From: Bdellovibrionota bacterium FG-1
GTDB taxonomy: Bacteria; Bdellovibrionota; UBA1018
DNA length: 64,000 nt
NCBI GenBank assembly: GCA_051382295.1
Contig: JBBCAW010000022.1
Span: 1,074-65,073, forward strand
Reading direction: 5' to 3'
Shown: in pieces, positions 1 through 9,764 of the stretch
Numbering within the stretch: position 1 is the first letter of the stretch
How the letters are laid out: each line of letters opens with the position of its first letter
Notes under the pieces: model-generated
What the model was told of the DNA's origin: nothing
The model's input: the letters and a program-made list of their open reading frames with translations, nothing else
Databases searched by the model: none
Made by a program: the position numbers and the translations under genes

Positions 1-1116
1 GCACCGGAACTCGAACCCGGACAAGACGATTCGTACCTCATGCCCAGGACCTCCTCCCAACTCGCGAGCATTTTTGAGCACTGCGCGCGCGCGCTGGACC
101 GAAGCCTCAAAACCGGAAGCCATGGGCTACCGCTCATGGGTTCCGGCGATTGGAATGACGGCATGAACCGCGTCGGACACCGGGGCCAGGGCGAGAGCGT
201 CTGGGTGGGCTGGTTTCTGCACCAAACACTGTCCCAGTTCATTCCCTTTTGCGAAAAAGCCGGACAAACCGAGCGCGCCACGATCTACCAAAAACACCTC
301 GAGGCACTCAAGACCGCAATCGAGGCCAATGCTTGGGATGGTGAATGGTACCGACGTGCCTTTTTTGATGACGGCTCTCCGCTGGGCTCCTCGACCAACG
401 ACGAATGCCAAATCGACTCCATTGCCCAATCCTGGGCGGTGCTCTCAAGAGCCGGCGATCCCGAGCGCGCCCGCCTCGCTATGAAGTCAGTCAACGAACG
501 TCTCGTTCACCGCGGGGATGGCCTCGTCAAACTCTTCGTGCCCCCATTTGACCAAGGCAACGCCGACCCTGGATATATCAAAGGCTACGTCCCCGGCGTT
601 CGTGAAAATGGGGGCCAATACACCCATGCCGCGATCTGGGCTTTGATGGCCTATGCCGCGCAAGGCGACGGCGATCGAGCGGCTGAACTCTTCTCGATGC
701 TCAATCCGATCAACCACGCCAATACCCGCGCAAAGGTCAATCGCTACAAAGTCGAGCCCTACGTCATGGCCGGCGACATTTACGGACTTTCTCCGCACAT
801 CGGTCGAGGCGGCTGGACCTGGTACACGGGTTCCGCAAGCTGGATGTACCGAGCCGCGCTGGAATCCATTCTCGGTTTTGAACTTCGCGGCAATGTCTTT
901 CGAATCCAGCCTTGCCTTCCGAAGCATTGGCCTGGGTTTGAGATGACCTATCGTCCAAAAGTGGGCAGCACCACTCAGTATCTCATCTCGGTCACCCAGA
1001 CGACTCCCTCGACTCCCTCAATACGCTCCATTCGGCTCGATGGAGTCCTTCTGGATTCAGCCGATATTCCTATTGCCGATGATGGAAAGATGCACACTGT
1101 TCAAATTCAGATCTGA
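1..1116 (+). CDS. GH94-type glucan/cellobiose phosphorylase-like catalytic C-terminal region (NdvB / glycosyltransferase-36 family); 5' end lies outside the window
   Basis: Frame is open from nt 1, so the ATG at 40 is internal. Motifs GSGDWNDGMNRVG, GESVWVGWF and ENGGQYTHAAIW are typical of the GH94 catalytic domain. Stop at 1114-1116. Confidence 0.75.
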   Translation, partial: APELEPGQDDSYLMPRTSSQLASIFEHCARALDRSLKTGSHGLPLMGSGDWNDGMNRVGHRGQGESVWVGWFLHQTLSQFIPFCEKAGQTERATIYQKHLEALKTAIEANAWDGEWYRRAFFDDGSPLGSSTNDECQIDSIAQSWAVLSRAGDPERARLAMKSVNERLVHRGDGLVKLFVPPFDQGNADPGYIKGYVPGVRENGGQYTHAAIWALMAYAAQGDGDRAAELFSMLNPINHANTRAKVNRYKVEPYVMAGDIYGLSPHIGRGGWTWYTGSASWMYRAALESILGFELRGNVFRIQPCLPKHWPGFEMTYRPKVGSTTQYLISVTQTTPSTPSIRSIRLDGVLLDSADIPIADDGKMHTVQIQI

Positions 1117-1121
1117 ATCGT

Positions 1122-2132
1122 TCAGACTTCGCAAACCACGATCTTGAGCGGTGGACGCCCATCAAATGACGGAAAATCGCTTTCCGGCGCCAGCGTTTGC
1201 AAAGCCCGAATGGGTCTTCCCGCTTTTTCAGCACACCGTTTGAGCCCAATGATCCAAGCGTCGAGTTCGATAGACGCGACGTGATTGGTCGCGATGATCC
1301 GTCCTCCATCGGGCCGGGTAGCCAAAACCGCAGGCTTAAATAAGCTCGAATAATCACCCGCGACATCCACGGCGCCAAAGGCCCCTTTGGACCACGCGGG
1401 AGGATCAAGAAAAACAATATCGAATTCACGCCGCGCGAATTTCGTCACCCGCTCACCGCGAGCGCCCCGCCCGCCGACGGGCAAGCCGGCGAGCTGCCGC
1501 ATCACCGGCAAGCAGTCCTCTTCGATCATGCGAACCCGGGCTTCCGGGAGCTCGTTGAGCAACGCATTTTTTCGGCCGACCTCGAGACTTGAGGTCGCGA
1601 AATCGACGTTCCAAACTTCAGAGGCACCCGCCGCTGCGGCGGTAATCCCCACACTGCAAGTGTACGAAAACAAATTCAGCACGCTTCGGTTCAAAGCGAC
1701 CTCGCGCAGATAGCGACGTCCAGCGCGCAAATCCAGAAAAAGCCAAGGATCAATGCCTTGATGGCGCGCACGAATCAGATAGCGAACCCCAAACTCCTGG
1801 CACTGGAATTCAACCAATGCCCCGGGGTGGGGACGATGCCACTCGTCAAAAGACTGAGTCGCGGATTTTCCCCGGTGATTATAGGCAAGTTCAAAGGCGT
1901 GAGAGAGTTTCTCGCGCAAAAAACCTTCGATCGTCCTGAGCTCATCCGAAGTCAGCGGTTCCCGAAAAGTCTGCACCAAGATGAGGGAACCGTATCGATC
2001 GATCGTCAGGCCTGGAATGCCCTCCGAGACGCCGTGAAAAAGCCGATAGCAATCGGTCCCTTCTGAAAGCAGAGCGGCCAAAAGTGCTTTTCTTCTGTTG
2101 AACGCTTGGTCGAATAACCCAGGACTGTCCAT
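1122..2132 (-). CDS. Class I SAM-dependent rRNA methyltransferase, RlmI/YwbD-like
   Basis: 336-aa ORF. CYRLFHGVSEGIPGLTIDRYGSLILVQ N-terminal module, SAM-binding LNLFSYTCSVG and catalytic-region FLDPPAWSK. Confidence 0.7.
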   Translation of the reverse strand: MDSPGLFDQAFNRRKALLAALLSEGTDCYRLFHGVSEGIPGLTIDRYGSLILVQTFREPLTSDELRTIEGFLREKLSHAFELAYNHRGKSATQSFDEWHRPHPGALVEFQCQEFGVRYLIRARHQGIDPWLFLDLRAGRRYLREVALNRSVLNLFSYTCSVGITAAAAGASEVWNVDFATSSLEVGRKNALLNELPEARVRMIEEDCLPVMRQLAGLPVGGRGARGERVTKFARREFDIVFLDPPAWSKGAFGAVDVAGDYSSLFKPAVLATRPDGGRIIATNHVASIELDAWIIGLKRCAEKAGRPIRALQTLAPESDFPSFDGRPPLKIVVCEV

Positions 2133-2133
2133 C

Positions 2134-3129
2134 TCACTTTACTTTCCCGAGTTCCTTCAGCCGCTTGAGCGCGACGGGTTGGTTATCTACCACCCACGGG
2201 TCAATCGAAAGTTCTTGGTAAGCAAGTCCGAAATAAGGCTGGGCCTCGTCCGAACGTTTCAGGGTTTGCAAACACTCCGCAAGTTCTTCAAAGAGGCGCC
2301 CATCCCGGGTGCCCCCCAGTCCTTGTTCCGAAAGCAAAGTATGTTGAATCACGAGCGCCTCGTCGAGGCGTCCCATCACTCTCAGGACCTTTCCAATCGA
2401 CCACTGCGCGACAAACACTTCGCGCTTGGATCCATGAATCTTGAGATGGCCCAGAGCTTTCTGAAAAACCGCTAAAGCGGCCTCATACTGGCGCAGGCCG
2501 AACTGCTTCCAGCCCAGAGCAGAATAAACACTGCCCAGCCACCGTTTTACCCGATTTTGCGACGAGTTTTCGACAAGCTGGATGGCTCGCATAATCCATT
2601 CTTGTTGCACTTTTTGAGGTTCAATCGCCGCCATCATGAGCGCGAGATCTACCGCGAGATAGTCCTCGCCTGAGTTGATGGCCAAGGTCCACGCCTGAAC
2701 AAAATGCGGCCGCGCCTGAGAAGGTGTTCTCTCAAGGACGTTGAGCCGCCCGGTCTCCAGGAGCCACCGGATCTTCACTGAAACGCGATAATCCGTCTCT
2801 TGCTCTTCCAGAAGATGTTGCGCCTTTTCGAGCGAAAAATGCGCCTCCAGGGCTTTGCCTTGGGCCGCTTCGGCCCTCGCGATCTGGGTGTAAAGATCGA
2901 CTAGATAGCCACGATCAGGCCCCGAAAGACTCTCAGCAGCGGCCAAAAGTCCCCGATACGAGGCCTCGGCCACCTGTGGCTCGGCAAGGTTCCACAGCTG
3001 ATCCAAATCCATCAGCTTGTCTTTTGTTTCATCAGGAAGCGCAGAAATCGGTAAAAACTCGTCGTCCATAAAAGAAAGAAGTATCACGTCTATCCGCGCC
3101 ACGTCGCTAGAATTGCACGAAAATTGCAC
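2134..3129 (-). CDS. TPR-repeat protein
   Basis: 331-aa ORF with repeated A/Y/L-rich helical-pair pattern. Start uncertain: GTG at 3129 or ATG at 3069 (MDDEFLPI). Confidence 0.55.
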   Translation of the reverse strand: MQFSCNSSDVARIDVILLSFMDDEFLPISALPDETKDKLMDLDQLWNLAEPQVAEASYRGLLAAAESLSGPDRGYLVDLYTQIARAEAAQGKALEAHFSLEKAQHLLEEQETDYRVSVKIRWLLETGRLNVLERTPSQARPHFVQAWTLAINSGEDYLAVDLALMMAAIEPQKVQQEWIMRAIQLVENSSQNRVKRWLGSVYSALGWKQFGLRQYEAALAVFQKALGHLKIHGSKREVFVAQWSIGKVLRVMGRLDEALVIQHTLLSEQGLGGTRDGRLFEELAECLQTLKRSDEAQPYFGLAYQELSIDPWVVDNQPVALKRLKELGKVK

Positions 3130-3293
3130 GAAAAATTACCAAACTCAGGCCGCCAGCCTGCCTGATCTCCGATTTACCTCGGTTTAGCCCACAAACCGTG
3201 TTAGCCTCATGTCGTTAGTTCGTTCGCTTCTTCAGAGTCTGCGGGCATAGTGCCCATATCCTCTTGAGCGGCTCCCAGCCTTAAGGAGGTTCT

Positions 3294-3608
3294 ATGGGTA
3301 AGAAGTTATATGTGGGCAATTTGCCTTTTTCCGCAACCGATCAAGTCCTGAGTGACATGTTCGCACAATCTGGAACGGTCGAATCCGCTAAGATCATCAT
3401 GGATCGTGATTCGGGTCGCAGCAAAGGTTTTGGCTTCGTGGAAATGTCCACCGAAACCGAAGCTGCCAATGCAATCACCAAGCTCAACGGCGCTGATTAC
3501 GAAGGCCGTGCAATGACCGTGAATGAAGCCAAGCCAATGGCTCCCCGCGAAAACCGCGGCGGTGGCGGTGGTGGTTATTCGGCCGGCGGCCGAGGAAACC
3601 GTTACTAA
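3294..3608 (+). CDS. RRM-type RNA-binding protein with Gly-rich tail
   Basis: RNP-2 KLYVGNL and RNP-1 KGFGFVEM motifs, C-terminal GGGGGGYSAGGRG, and SD AAGGAGG 6 nt upstream of the ATG. Confidence 0.9.
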   Translation: MGKKLYVGNLPFSATDQVLSDMFAQSGTVESAKIIMDRDSGRSKGFGFVEMSTETEAANAITKLNGADYEGRAMTVNEAKPMAPRENRGGGGGGYSAGGRGNRY

Positions 3609-3636
3609 CCTTTTCATTTAAAGGTTCGAATCGCAG

Positions 3637-3676
3637 GGGAAGGCCTCACCTCATCGTGAAGCCTTCCCTTTGCGTT
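3637..3676 (+). terminator. Rho-independent terminator candidate downstream of the RRM gene
   Basis: 8-bp GC-rich stem GGGAAGGC (3637-3644) / GCCTTCCC (3661-3668) followed by TTTGCGTT. Confidence 0.5.
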
Positions 3677-3902
3677 AAGAGCCAAAGGAGTTGACCCATC
3701 GCTAAACCAAACAAGGCGACTCAAACGAAAAGAAATCGTGAGCGCTCAAAACAAGAACAGCAGCAATTGAAACAAGAAAAGCGCGTTTTTCGCAATGAAT
3801 CCAAGAAGGAGCGCGAACGTCTTGTCGCCGATGGCGTCGATCCCGATCTCGCCGGCATCTTCCCTGGCCCCCAGCCCTTGCAGGACGACTAAGACTCGCT
3901 TA

Positions 3903-5294
3903 TTAATGCCCCGTACCCTTGACTGAATTCACCAGCTGCTCACAGGTGTGTTTGGCATCACCAAACACTAACGAGCAGTTCGGGTAATAGAAAAGCGCGT
4001 TATCCACGCCCGCATACCCTGGCTTCATCGAACGTTTACTGACAAAGATCTGCTTGGCTTTGTACGCGTCCAAGATCGGCATTCCGTAAAGGGGGCTCGA
4101 CTTGTCTGTCTTAGCAGCCGGATTGACCACGTCATTAGCGCCGATCACCAAACACACATCAGCCGTCGAAAATTCGCTATTGATCTCGTCCATTTCAAAG
4201 ACGCAATCATAAGGAATATCAGATTCCGCCAAGAGCACGTTCATATGGCCGGGCATACGACCTGCCACTGGATGAATCGCAAACTTAACCTCGACACCTT
4301 TTTCGGTGAGAACCTGGTAGAGTTCTTTGATCGCATGCTGAGCCTGAGCCACCGCCATCCCGTACCCTGGGACGATCAACACCTTGCTCGCGTTTTCAAG
4401 CATAAAGCCCACGTCCTCAGTCGAAGCCGACTGAACCCGCTTGCCACGGGCATCCGCCGCAGCCGCGACGGTCGCCTCGCCACCAAAACCCCCGAGCACC
4501 ACACGGATGATCGAGCGATTCATGGCTTTGCACATGATGTAGGAAAGGATCGCGCCGCTACTGCCCACGAGCGCGCCCGTGGTAATCAGCAGATTATTCC
4601 CCAAGGTAAAGCCCGTCGCCGAGGCCGCCCAGCCCGAATACGAATTGAGCATCGAAACGACCACCGGCATGTCAGCGCCACCAATCGGCAGCACCAACAA
4701 GAAGCCTAACAGGAATGCAATCCCGGTCATGATCAAGAAGGAGAAAAAATGATTATTGATAGCAAAGTCAGCACCAAAGCCGAACATCACAAAGGCGAGC
4801 GCCAAATTAACCCAGTGTTGCCCCTTGAAAACCAGGGGTTTTGAGGTCAAAAGCTCTTGCAATTTCCCGAAGGCGATAATCGAGCCAGAAAAAGTAATCG
4901 CCCCAATGAAGCAACCCACCCCGATTTCAACCATGAGTGTGCTATCCACTTCGCCACTATGAGAAAGGTAAGTCCCCGTGGCCACCAACACCGCCGAAAG
5001 GCCCACAAAGCTATGCAGCAAAGCCACCAACTGGGGCATCGCCGTCATACTGATCTTGAGCGCGGTGACTGTGCCAATCAAAGCTCCGATGCCTAGACCC
5101 GCGATAATCCAAGAGTACCCTCGAACCTCCGGATTCAACAGCGTAACGCCGACCGCGATGGCCATACCGAGCATCGCAAAGATATTGCCTCGAACCGCAG
5201 TTCGCGGGGACGCTAGCCCCTTGAGCCCCAAAATAAAAAGAACCGTCGCGACTAAGTAGAGCGCCGCAAAAACATCAGTGCCGAGTTGCATCAT
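3903..5294 (-). CDS. pntB: NAD(P) transhydrogenase subunit beta
   Basis: 463-aa polytopic N-terminal half plus C-terminal NADP(H) domain (GYGMAVAQAQH, HPVAGRMPGHMNVLLAE). Confidence 0.95.
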   Translation of the reverse strand: MMQLGTDVFAALYLVATVLFILGLKGLASPRTAVRGNIFAMLGMAIAVGVTLLNPEVRGYSWIIAGLGIGALIGTVTALKISMTAMPQLVALLHSFVGLSAVLVATGTYLSHSGEVDSTLMVEIGVGCFIGAITFSGSIIAFGKLQELLTSKPLVFKGQHWVNLALAFVMFGFGADFAINNHFFSFLIMTGIAFLLGFLLVLPIGGADMPVVVSMLNSYSGWAASATGFTLGNNLLITTGALVGSSGAILSYIMCKAMNRSIIRVVLGGFGGEATVAAAADARGKRVQSASTEDVGFMLENASKVLIVPGYGMAVAQAQHAIKELYQVLTEKGVEVKFAIHPVAGRMPGHMNVLLAESDIPYDCVFEMDEINSEFSTADVCLVIGANDVVNPAAKTDKSSPLYGMPILDAYKAKQIFVSKRSMKPGYAGVDNALFYYPNCSLVFGDAKHTCEQLVNSVKGTGH

Positions 5295-5297
5295 GGT

Positions 5298-5585
5298 TTA
5301 CTTTCCCTTTTTGAACATCGCAAGCATGCGTTTAGTCACTACAAAGCCGCCAAAAATATTGATGGACGCTAAGAGAACTGCAAAAAATCCGATCACGCCG
5401 GCCGCGCTGACTTCGCCACCCGCAGAACCCGCAACCAAGATCGCGCCAACCACCACGATCGCGCTGATCGCATTGGTCACCGCCATCAAAGGCGTATGAA
5501 GAGCCGGAGTCACGCCCCAGATGACGTGATAACCAATGACACAGGAAAGAACGAAAACATAAATTCCGATCATCGTAGGTGACAT
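5298..5585 (-). CDS. pntAB: NAD(P) transhydrogenase subunit alpha part 2 (membrane part)
   Basis: 95-aa, three hydrophobic helices, located between pntAA and pntB with 3-18 nt gaps. Confidence 0.9.
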   Translation of the reverse strand: MSPTMIGIYVFVLSCVIGYHVIWGVTPALHTPLMAVTNAISAIVVVGAILVAGSAGGEVSAAGVIGFFAVLLASINIFGGFVVTKRMLAMFKKGK

Positions 5586-5603
5586 ATTTTTTTACTCCCA
5601 ATC

Positions 5604-6722
5604 TTAACGCTTGGCCAGGCGGACAGTCCCGTTATGGGTCACCAATGCCGCGGCGATGATATCATCTTGGAGATCCAGCTTGAGACTGGTCTTGCCATCT
5701 TTGGTGTCGACCATGATGCCTAAAAGATGGCCCAAATTTCCTGCATAAAAACTGCTCGAATCCGCCGCAACCATTCCCGGATAATTAGTCCAACCGACAA
5801 TCGTGACGCCGTGTTTAACTACCACCCGATCGGCTTCCGTCAGTGGGCAATTACCCCCACTCGGTGCCGCCATATCGATGATGACGGAGCCCATGCGCAT
5901 GCCCTTGACCGCTTCTTCCGAAACCAAAGTCGGAGCGCGGCGTCCAGGAACATTGGCCGTCGTTATAATGATGTCGGCCTTTTTGAGCTTTTCGAGTAAA
6001 AGTTGTTGCTGCTTACGTTTGCCTTCCTCTGAAAGCTCTTTGGCATATCCGCCCGTTCCCGAGCCTTCTTCGCCCACATCGAGTTCGATAAATTTAGCGC
6101 CTAAGGACAAAATCTGTTCTTTGACTTCAGCACGCACATCGTAGGCCTCGACCAAAGCCCCTAAACGCCGAGCTGTTGCGATGGCCTGTAAACCCGCCAC
6201 GCCAGCCCCCAGAACAATCACCCGAGCCTGTTTTGCGGAGCCCGCGGAGGTCATCATGAGAGGCATGAACCGTCCATACCGCGCCGCAGCTTCAATCACC
6301 GCCCGATAACCCGCAATATTGCCCTGTGAAGAAAGGGCATCCATCGATTGGGCACGTGAAGTTCGGGGAATCAGCTCCATTCCCAGGCAATCGACCCCGG
6401 CCGCAGCGAGGTTTTCGATCGTACCCTCTTGAGAAAAAGGCTCGATAAACGAGACCAAGAGCCCGCCTTTTTTCATCATTTTGATTTCATCACCCGTAGG
6501 CTTATGAAATTTAGCAACGATGTCCGCACCAAAAATAACGTCCGCATCAGCCACTTGCGCGCCAACCGCAACGTAGTCCTCGTCCCTGAAACCAGCGCCA
6601 AGGCCAGCCGTTTTTTGGACGCAAACTTCTAAGCCTTTTTTGATTAATTTTTTAATTGAATCCGGAGTTGCCGCGACGCGAGTTTCCCCCGCACGCATTT
6701 CCTTAGGTATGCCGATCTTCAT
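5604..6722 (-). CDS. pntAA: NAD(P) transhydrogenase subunit alpha part 1 (alanine dehydrogenase-like dI)
   Basis: 372-aa with MKIGIPKE...ETRVA start and Rossmann motif VLGAGVAGLQAI. Confidence 0.95.
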   Translation of the reverse strand: MKIGIPKEMRAGETRVAATPDSIKKLIKKGLEVCVQKTAGLGAGFRDEDYVAVGAQVADADVIFGADIVAKFHKPTGDEIKMMKKGGLLVSFIEPFSQEGTIENLAAAGVDCLGMELIPRTSRAQSMDALSSQGNIAGYRAVIEAAARYGRFMPLMMTSAGSAKQARVIVLGAGVAGLQAIATARRLGALVEAYDVRAEVKEQILSLGAKFIELDVGEEGSGTGGYAKELSEEGKRKQQQLLLEKLKKADIIITTANVPGRRAPTLVSEEAVKGMRMGSVIIDMAAPSGGNCPLTEADRVVVKHGVTIVGWTNYPGMVAADSSSFYAGNLGHLLGIMVDTKDGKTSLKLDLQDDIIAAALVTHNGTVRLAKR

Positions 6723-6942
6723 AGTGCTCGCTTTTATATACGGGGTCAGACGAAAATCCTAAACCTTTTTAGCTCAACCTCCTCCAAGGATTCCTTTAAA
6801 AAAATGAAAACTGTCACTCTGTCAGTCACATGAGATAACTTCGACAGGATCAAAATGACTCCAACCGAGAGTGTGCTGAAATTTATTATTTAAAATCAAC
6901 AAGTTAACGTTCTGTGTTTTTAATCAGATTCATCACACTCTT

Positions 6943-6958
6943 TGGCATCGCACTTGCT
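6943..6958 (+). promoter_or_regulatory. Sigma-54 (-24/-12) promoter candidate
   Basis: TGGCATcgcacTTGCT has exact GG-N10-GC spacing. It lies 17 nt upstream of the ATG at 6975. Confidence 0.5.
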
Positions 6959-6974
6959 CTAGTGCCCCGTCGAT

Positions 6975-7280
6975 ATGAACAATGTCATCAGTTTAAAAGC
7001 AGCCCGTAGTATCAAAAACGCCGAATCAGATGATCAGGCCTACCATGCCCGAGTTTTAGGCATGGACAAGCTTGAACTTCTTGAGGAAATGGTTCGCTTC
7101 CAAGAGGAACGTTCCCGAGTCGGCCAACTCACTTTATCCATGATGGTTCGCGGCCGCCACCTCTTCAAAGCCCTCGAAGAAAACGCCGAAACCCAAGAAT
7201 TGAGATTGCTCACGCGATCTTATCGCCGCCATCTGGATTTCGAACTCGACGATTACCGAAAAAAGCAGCAGCAGAACTAG
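6975..7280 (+). CDS. Hypothetical small charged helical protein
   Basis: 101-aa ORF with no recognisable motif, preceded by the sigma-54-like promoter and no SD. Confidence 0.45.
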   Translation: MNNVISLKAARSIKNAESDDQAYHARVLGMDKLELLEEMVRFQEERSRVGQLTLSMMVRGRHLFKALEENAETQELRLLTRSYRRHLDFELDDYRKKQQQN

Positions 7281-7290
7281 CTGACCGCTT

Positions 7291-8607
7291 TTACAGCAAA
7301 TTGCTTGCGAGTTCCGACAACTTCGAGCGTTCGCCCTTGGTCATGGTAATGTGAGCGGAGATCGGCTCATCCTTAAATCGCTCGACCAAATAAACTAGGC
7401 CGTTATTAGCGGAGTCGACATAAGGGTTATCGATCTGAAAGCTATCGCCCGTCAGCACAATCTTGGTATTATCACCCGCGCGGGTCACGATCGTTTTGAT
7501 TTCATGTGGAGTCAGGTTTTGCGACTCATCCACAATCAGGTATTGCTGGGGAATCGATCGACCCCGAATATAGGTCAGCGGCTCGATTTGCAATAATCCC
7601 TGATTCATGAGTTCTTGACATCCTTTTCCAGCTCCGCGCCGCCCCTTGGCCCCGGTTTGGCCAAAAAGAAAATCAATATTATCATAGATGGGCTGCATCC
7701 AAGGATTCAGTTTTTCTTCAATATCCCCTGGCAAAAATCCAATATCTTTTCCGAGCGGGAAAACAGGTCGAGAAACCAAAAGACGATGATAAACACCTTC
7801 ATCAACTGTCTTAGCCAACCCGGCCGCTATGGCCAACAAGGTTTTCCCGGTACCGGCCTTGCCAACCAAGCTCACCACTTTAATATCGTCATTAAGAAGG
7901 GCATCGATCGCAAACGCTTGTTCCGAATTTTTCGGAAAAATCCCCCATAAACCCTCGACCGGCTTGAAAATCGGCACGAGGCAATCGAGTTCTTTGGAAT
8001 ACCTTCCCATCGCCGTATGGTTGGGATTAGCGGAGTCCTTGATGATGACATATTGATTGGGCCGTAGCGGGGCGTCCTTATAGGCCAAACGTTTATTGGC
8101 ATAAAATTCATCCACCAAATGGGCGTCCACACTTAGGGTCGTCGTCCCGGCGTAAAGCTCGTCTGGCTCAACGCTGTCGCGCTCATAATCCTCGGCCGTA
8201 ATACCCAAGGCATCGGCCTTGATTCGCAGATTGGTATCTTTGGTCACAAAGACCACTGGCCGCTTCGGATGCTCCTTTTTGATCGAAATCGCCAACGCGA
8301 GGATTCGATTATCGGCCTTATCCATTTGTAGCTCAACCGGCAGAGGGTGATCCCCGCCCAATTCCACCGTCAGGAGGCCCCCACTGGGCAGCTTCACTCC
8401 TTTGGAAAGCTCCCCATCTTTTCTCATCTCGTCGATCAAACGAGAAAACTGGCGCGCATTACGGCCATTTTCACTCATGTCTCGTTTGAAGCGATCGATT
8501 TCCTCGATCACCACGATCGGAATGATCAGGTCGTTGTTGCCGAACTTATAAAGCGCCTGCGGATCAAACAAGAGGACGTTCGTATCGAGAATAAACGCTT
8601 TACGCAT
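7291..8607 (-). CDS. PhoH-family ATPase with N-terminal PIN domain (YlaK/PhoH2-like)
   Basis: N-terminal FILDTNVLL PIN signature, Walker A GKAGTGKT, and IVDESQNLTPHE / TGDSFQIDNPY PhoH motifs. Confidence 0.9.
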   Translation of the reverse strand: MRKAFILDTNVLLFDPQALYKFGNNDLIIPIVVIEEIDRFKRDMSENGRNARQFSRLIDEMRKDGELSKGVKLPSGGLLTVELGGDHPLPVELQMDKADNRILALAISIKKEHPKRPVVFVTKDTNLRIKADALGITAEDYERDSVEPDELYAGTTTLSVDAHLVDEFYANKRLAYKDAPLRPNQYVIIKDSANPNHTAMGRYSKELDCLVPIFKPVEGLWGIFPKNSEQAFAIDALLNDDIKVVSLVGKAGTGKTLLAIAAGLAKTVDEGVYHRLLVSRPVFPLGKDIGFLPGDIEEKLNPWMQPIYDNIDFLFGQTGAKGRRGAGKGCQELMNQGLLQIEPLTYIRGRSIPQQYLIVDESQNLTPHEIKTIVTRAGDNTKIVLTGDSFQIDNPYVDSANNGLVYLVERFKDEPISAHITMTKGERSKLSELASNLL

Positions 8608-8666
8608 GTGACACTCTCCCTATTCAGAACTTTAGAACGAAATAGAGTCGAGTGGCAAGGCCGCAT

Positions 8667-9764
8667 TTAAAAACCGACTTTCAAAGCGATGCGAAGCGCG
8701 TAACGTCGCTCGGGATTTTGCGTGGCAAAGGTCCCCTGCTCTTCGGAGTACGAAGCGACCGTGACCTTAAAGAGCCAAAGGTCGACGGCCGCACCGTAAG
8801 AAAGAGCCATCTGATAAAGCCCCGCATAAACACTGATCAGCGGTACTGAAAACTCAAGTCCGAGATGACTCCGCTTTCTGAACTCAACGGTATCGGTCAG
8901 CCCCTTGAGATCATAGGCGAGATTCAACCGCGCCTTCGAGAGATGATAAGTGGCCGCCATCCCCCAGGTCAGGTCACTTTTTTGCGAATCCGCTTGGGGC
9001 GAATCAAACGTCGTGTTTCCGATGTCGGTCATGGCTAAGCCTGAACTCAAGGTCAGTTTTTTAGTGGCTTTAAACAAGTACTGCAACCCAACATCAGCGC
9101 CATAACCCCGCCCATAACTGCCCGTCAAATCATTGATATAGCCTTGGGCATTTTGACTGAGTCGCAAAACATCCAAAAAACTCAAGTCGTGGTAACCACC
9201 ACGACGCCACATCATCTTAGCCGCGGCCCCCACACGAAAATCACTCCGCGTCGCCCCTCTCCTTAAAACCGACGTGCCAAACGCGACTTGAATTCCGTTG
9301 GTGGACTGATATCCCAGATTGATTTGAGGATTCGCTTCGTTTTGTTCCTGAAGCGAAAACTGATGATCCGACAAAAAGGCAAGACCAAAATGAGGCATCA
9401 ACAGACTCGGTGCAATTTGGCCGTGCGCAAAAATGTTTTTACCCATAAAAGCGTTCAGGGTTGAAATACCCAAACTGCTAAAGGCTCCCGCCCCCGTCAT
9501 GCCCGTGGTGACCACATCCGTGGACATCTCCAGATCGACCGAAGCGTAATTGAACGTAATTTTTTTGACCGATGCCAGCCCGGCCGGGTTCAAAAAAATG
9601 GCGTTCTCATCATCCGCCAACGCCACGTAAGCGCCCCCCATCGCCGCGCTCCGAAGGCTGCGGTAGAGCGGATGAAACTCGGCTGCCTCACTCCTACCCA
9701 CCAGTGCACCGAAAACCAAAACAAAGTGGATCATCGACATTCCCAGTCGAAGCGACGGGACCAT
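8667..9764 (-). CDS. Outer-membrane beta-barrel protein (PorV/PorQ/TraF-like N-terminal motif)
   Basis: Signal peptide, AMGGAYVALADDENAIFLNPAGLA motif, alternating beta pattern and C-terminal LKVGF. Start uncertain: ORF is open to 9905, I prefer Met at 9764 or 9740. Confidence 0.55.
   Translation of the reverse strand: MVPSLRLGMSMIHFVLVFGALVGRSEAAEFHPLYRSLRSAAMGGAYVALADDENAIFLNPAGLASVKKITFNYASVDLEMSTDVVTTGMTGAGAFSSLGISTLNAFMGKNIFAHGQIAPSLLMPHFGLAFLSDHQFSLQEQNEANPQINLGYQSTNGIQVAFGTSVLRRGATRSDFRVGAAAKMMWRRGGYHDLSFLDVLRLSQNAQGYINDLTGSYGRGYGADVGLQYLFKATKKLTLSSGLAMTDIGNTTFDSPQADSQKSDLTWGMAATYHLSKARLNLAYDLKGLTDTVEFRKRSHLGLEFSVPLISVYAGLYQMALSYGAAVDLWLFKVTVASYSEEQGTFATQNPERRYALRIALKVGF

Noticed and set aside
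1110-1127. TCTGAA-tcg-TTCAGA hairpin spanning the two convergent stop codons at 1114-1124, as a bidirectional terminator.
   Set aside because: The stem is only 6 bp and AT-rich, with no U-tracts. That is too weak to call.
3621-3640. GGTTCGAATC string resembling a tRNA T-arm/loop.
   Set aside because: The flanking bases cannot form T-stem, acceptor or anticodon stems. The segment lies in the 3' UTR next to the terminator hairpin.
4245-5259. Antisense ORFs listed inside well-supported genes, such as 4245..4709, 4978..5259, 9572..10282, 15629..16462, 29564..30055, 55675..56121 and 56646..57140.
   Set aside because: They lie opposite genes with clear family motifs. Their Arg/Pro/Ser/Gly-rich, low-complexity translations are typical of shadow frames in GC-rich coding DNA, and they have no SD or family signatures.
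8608-8640. Shared 11-mer CTGAATAGGGA immediately upstream of both the phoH-like (8607) and histidine kinase (32487) start codons.
   Set aside because: Hundreds of 11-mer coincidences are expected in 64 kb counting both strands. The shared part is essentially an SD-like AGGGA plus a few bases.
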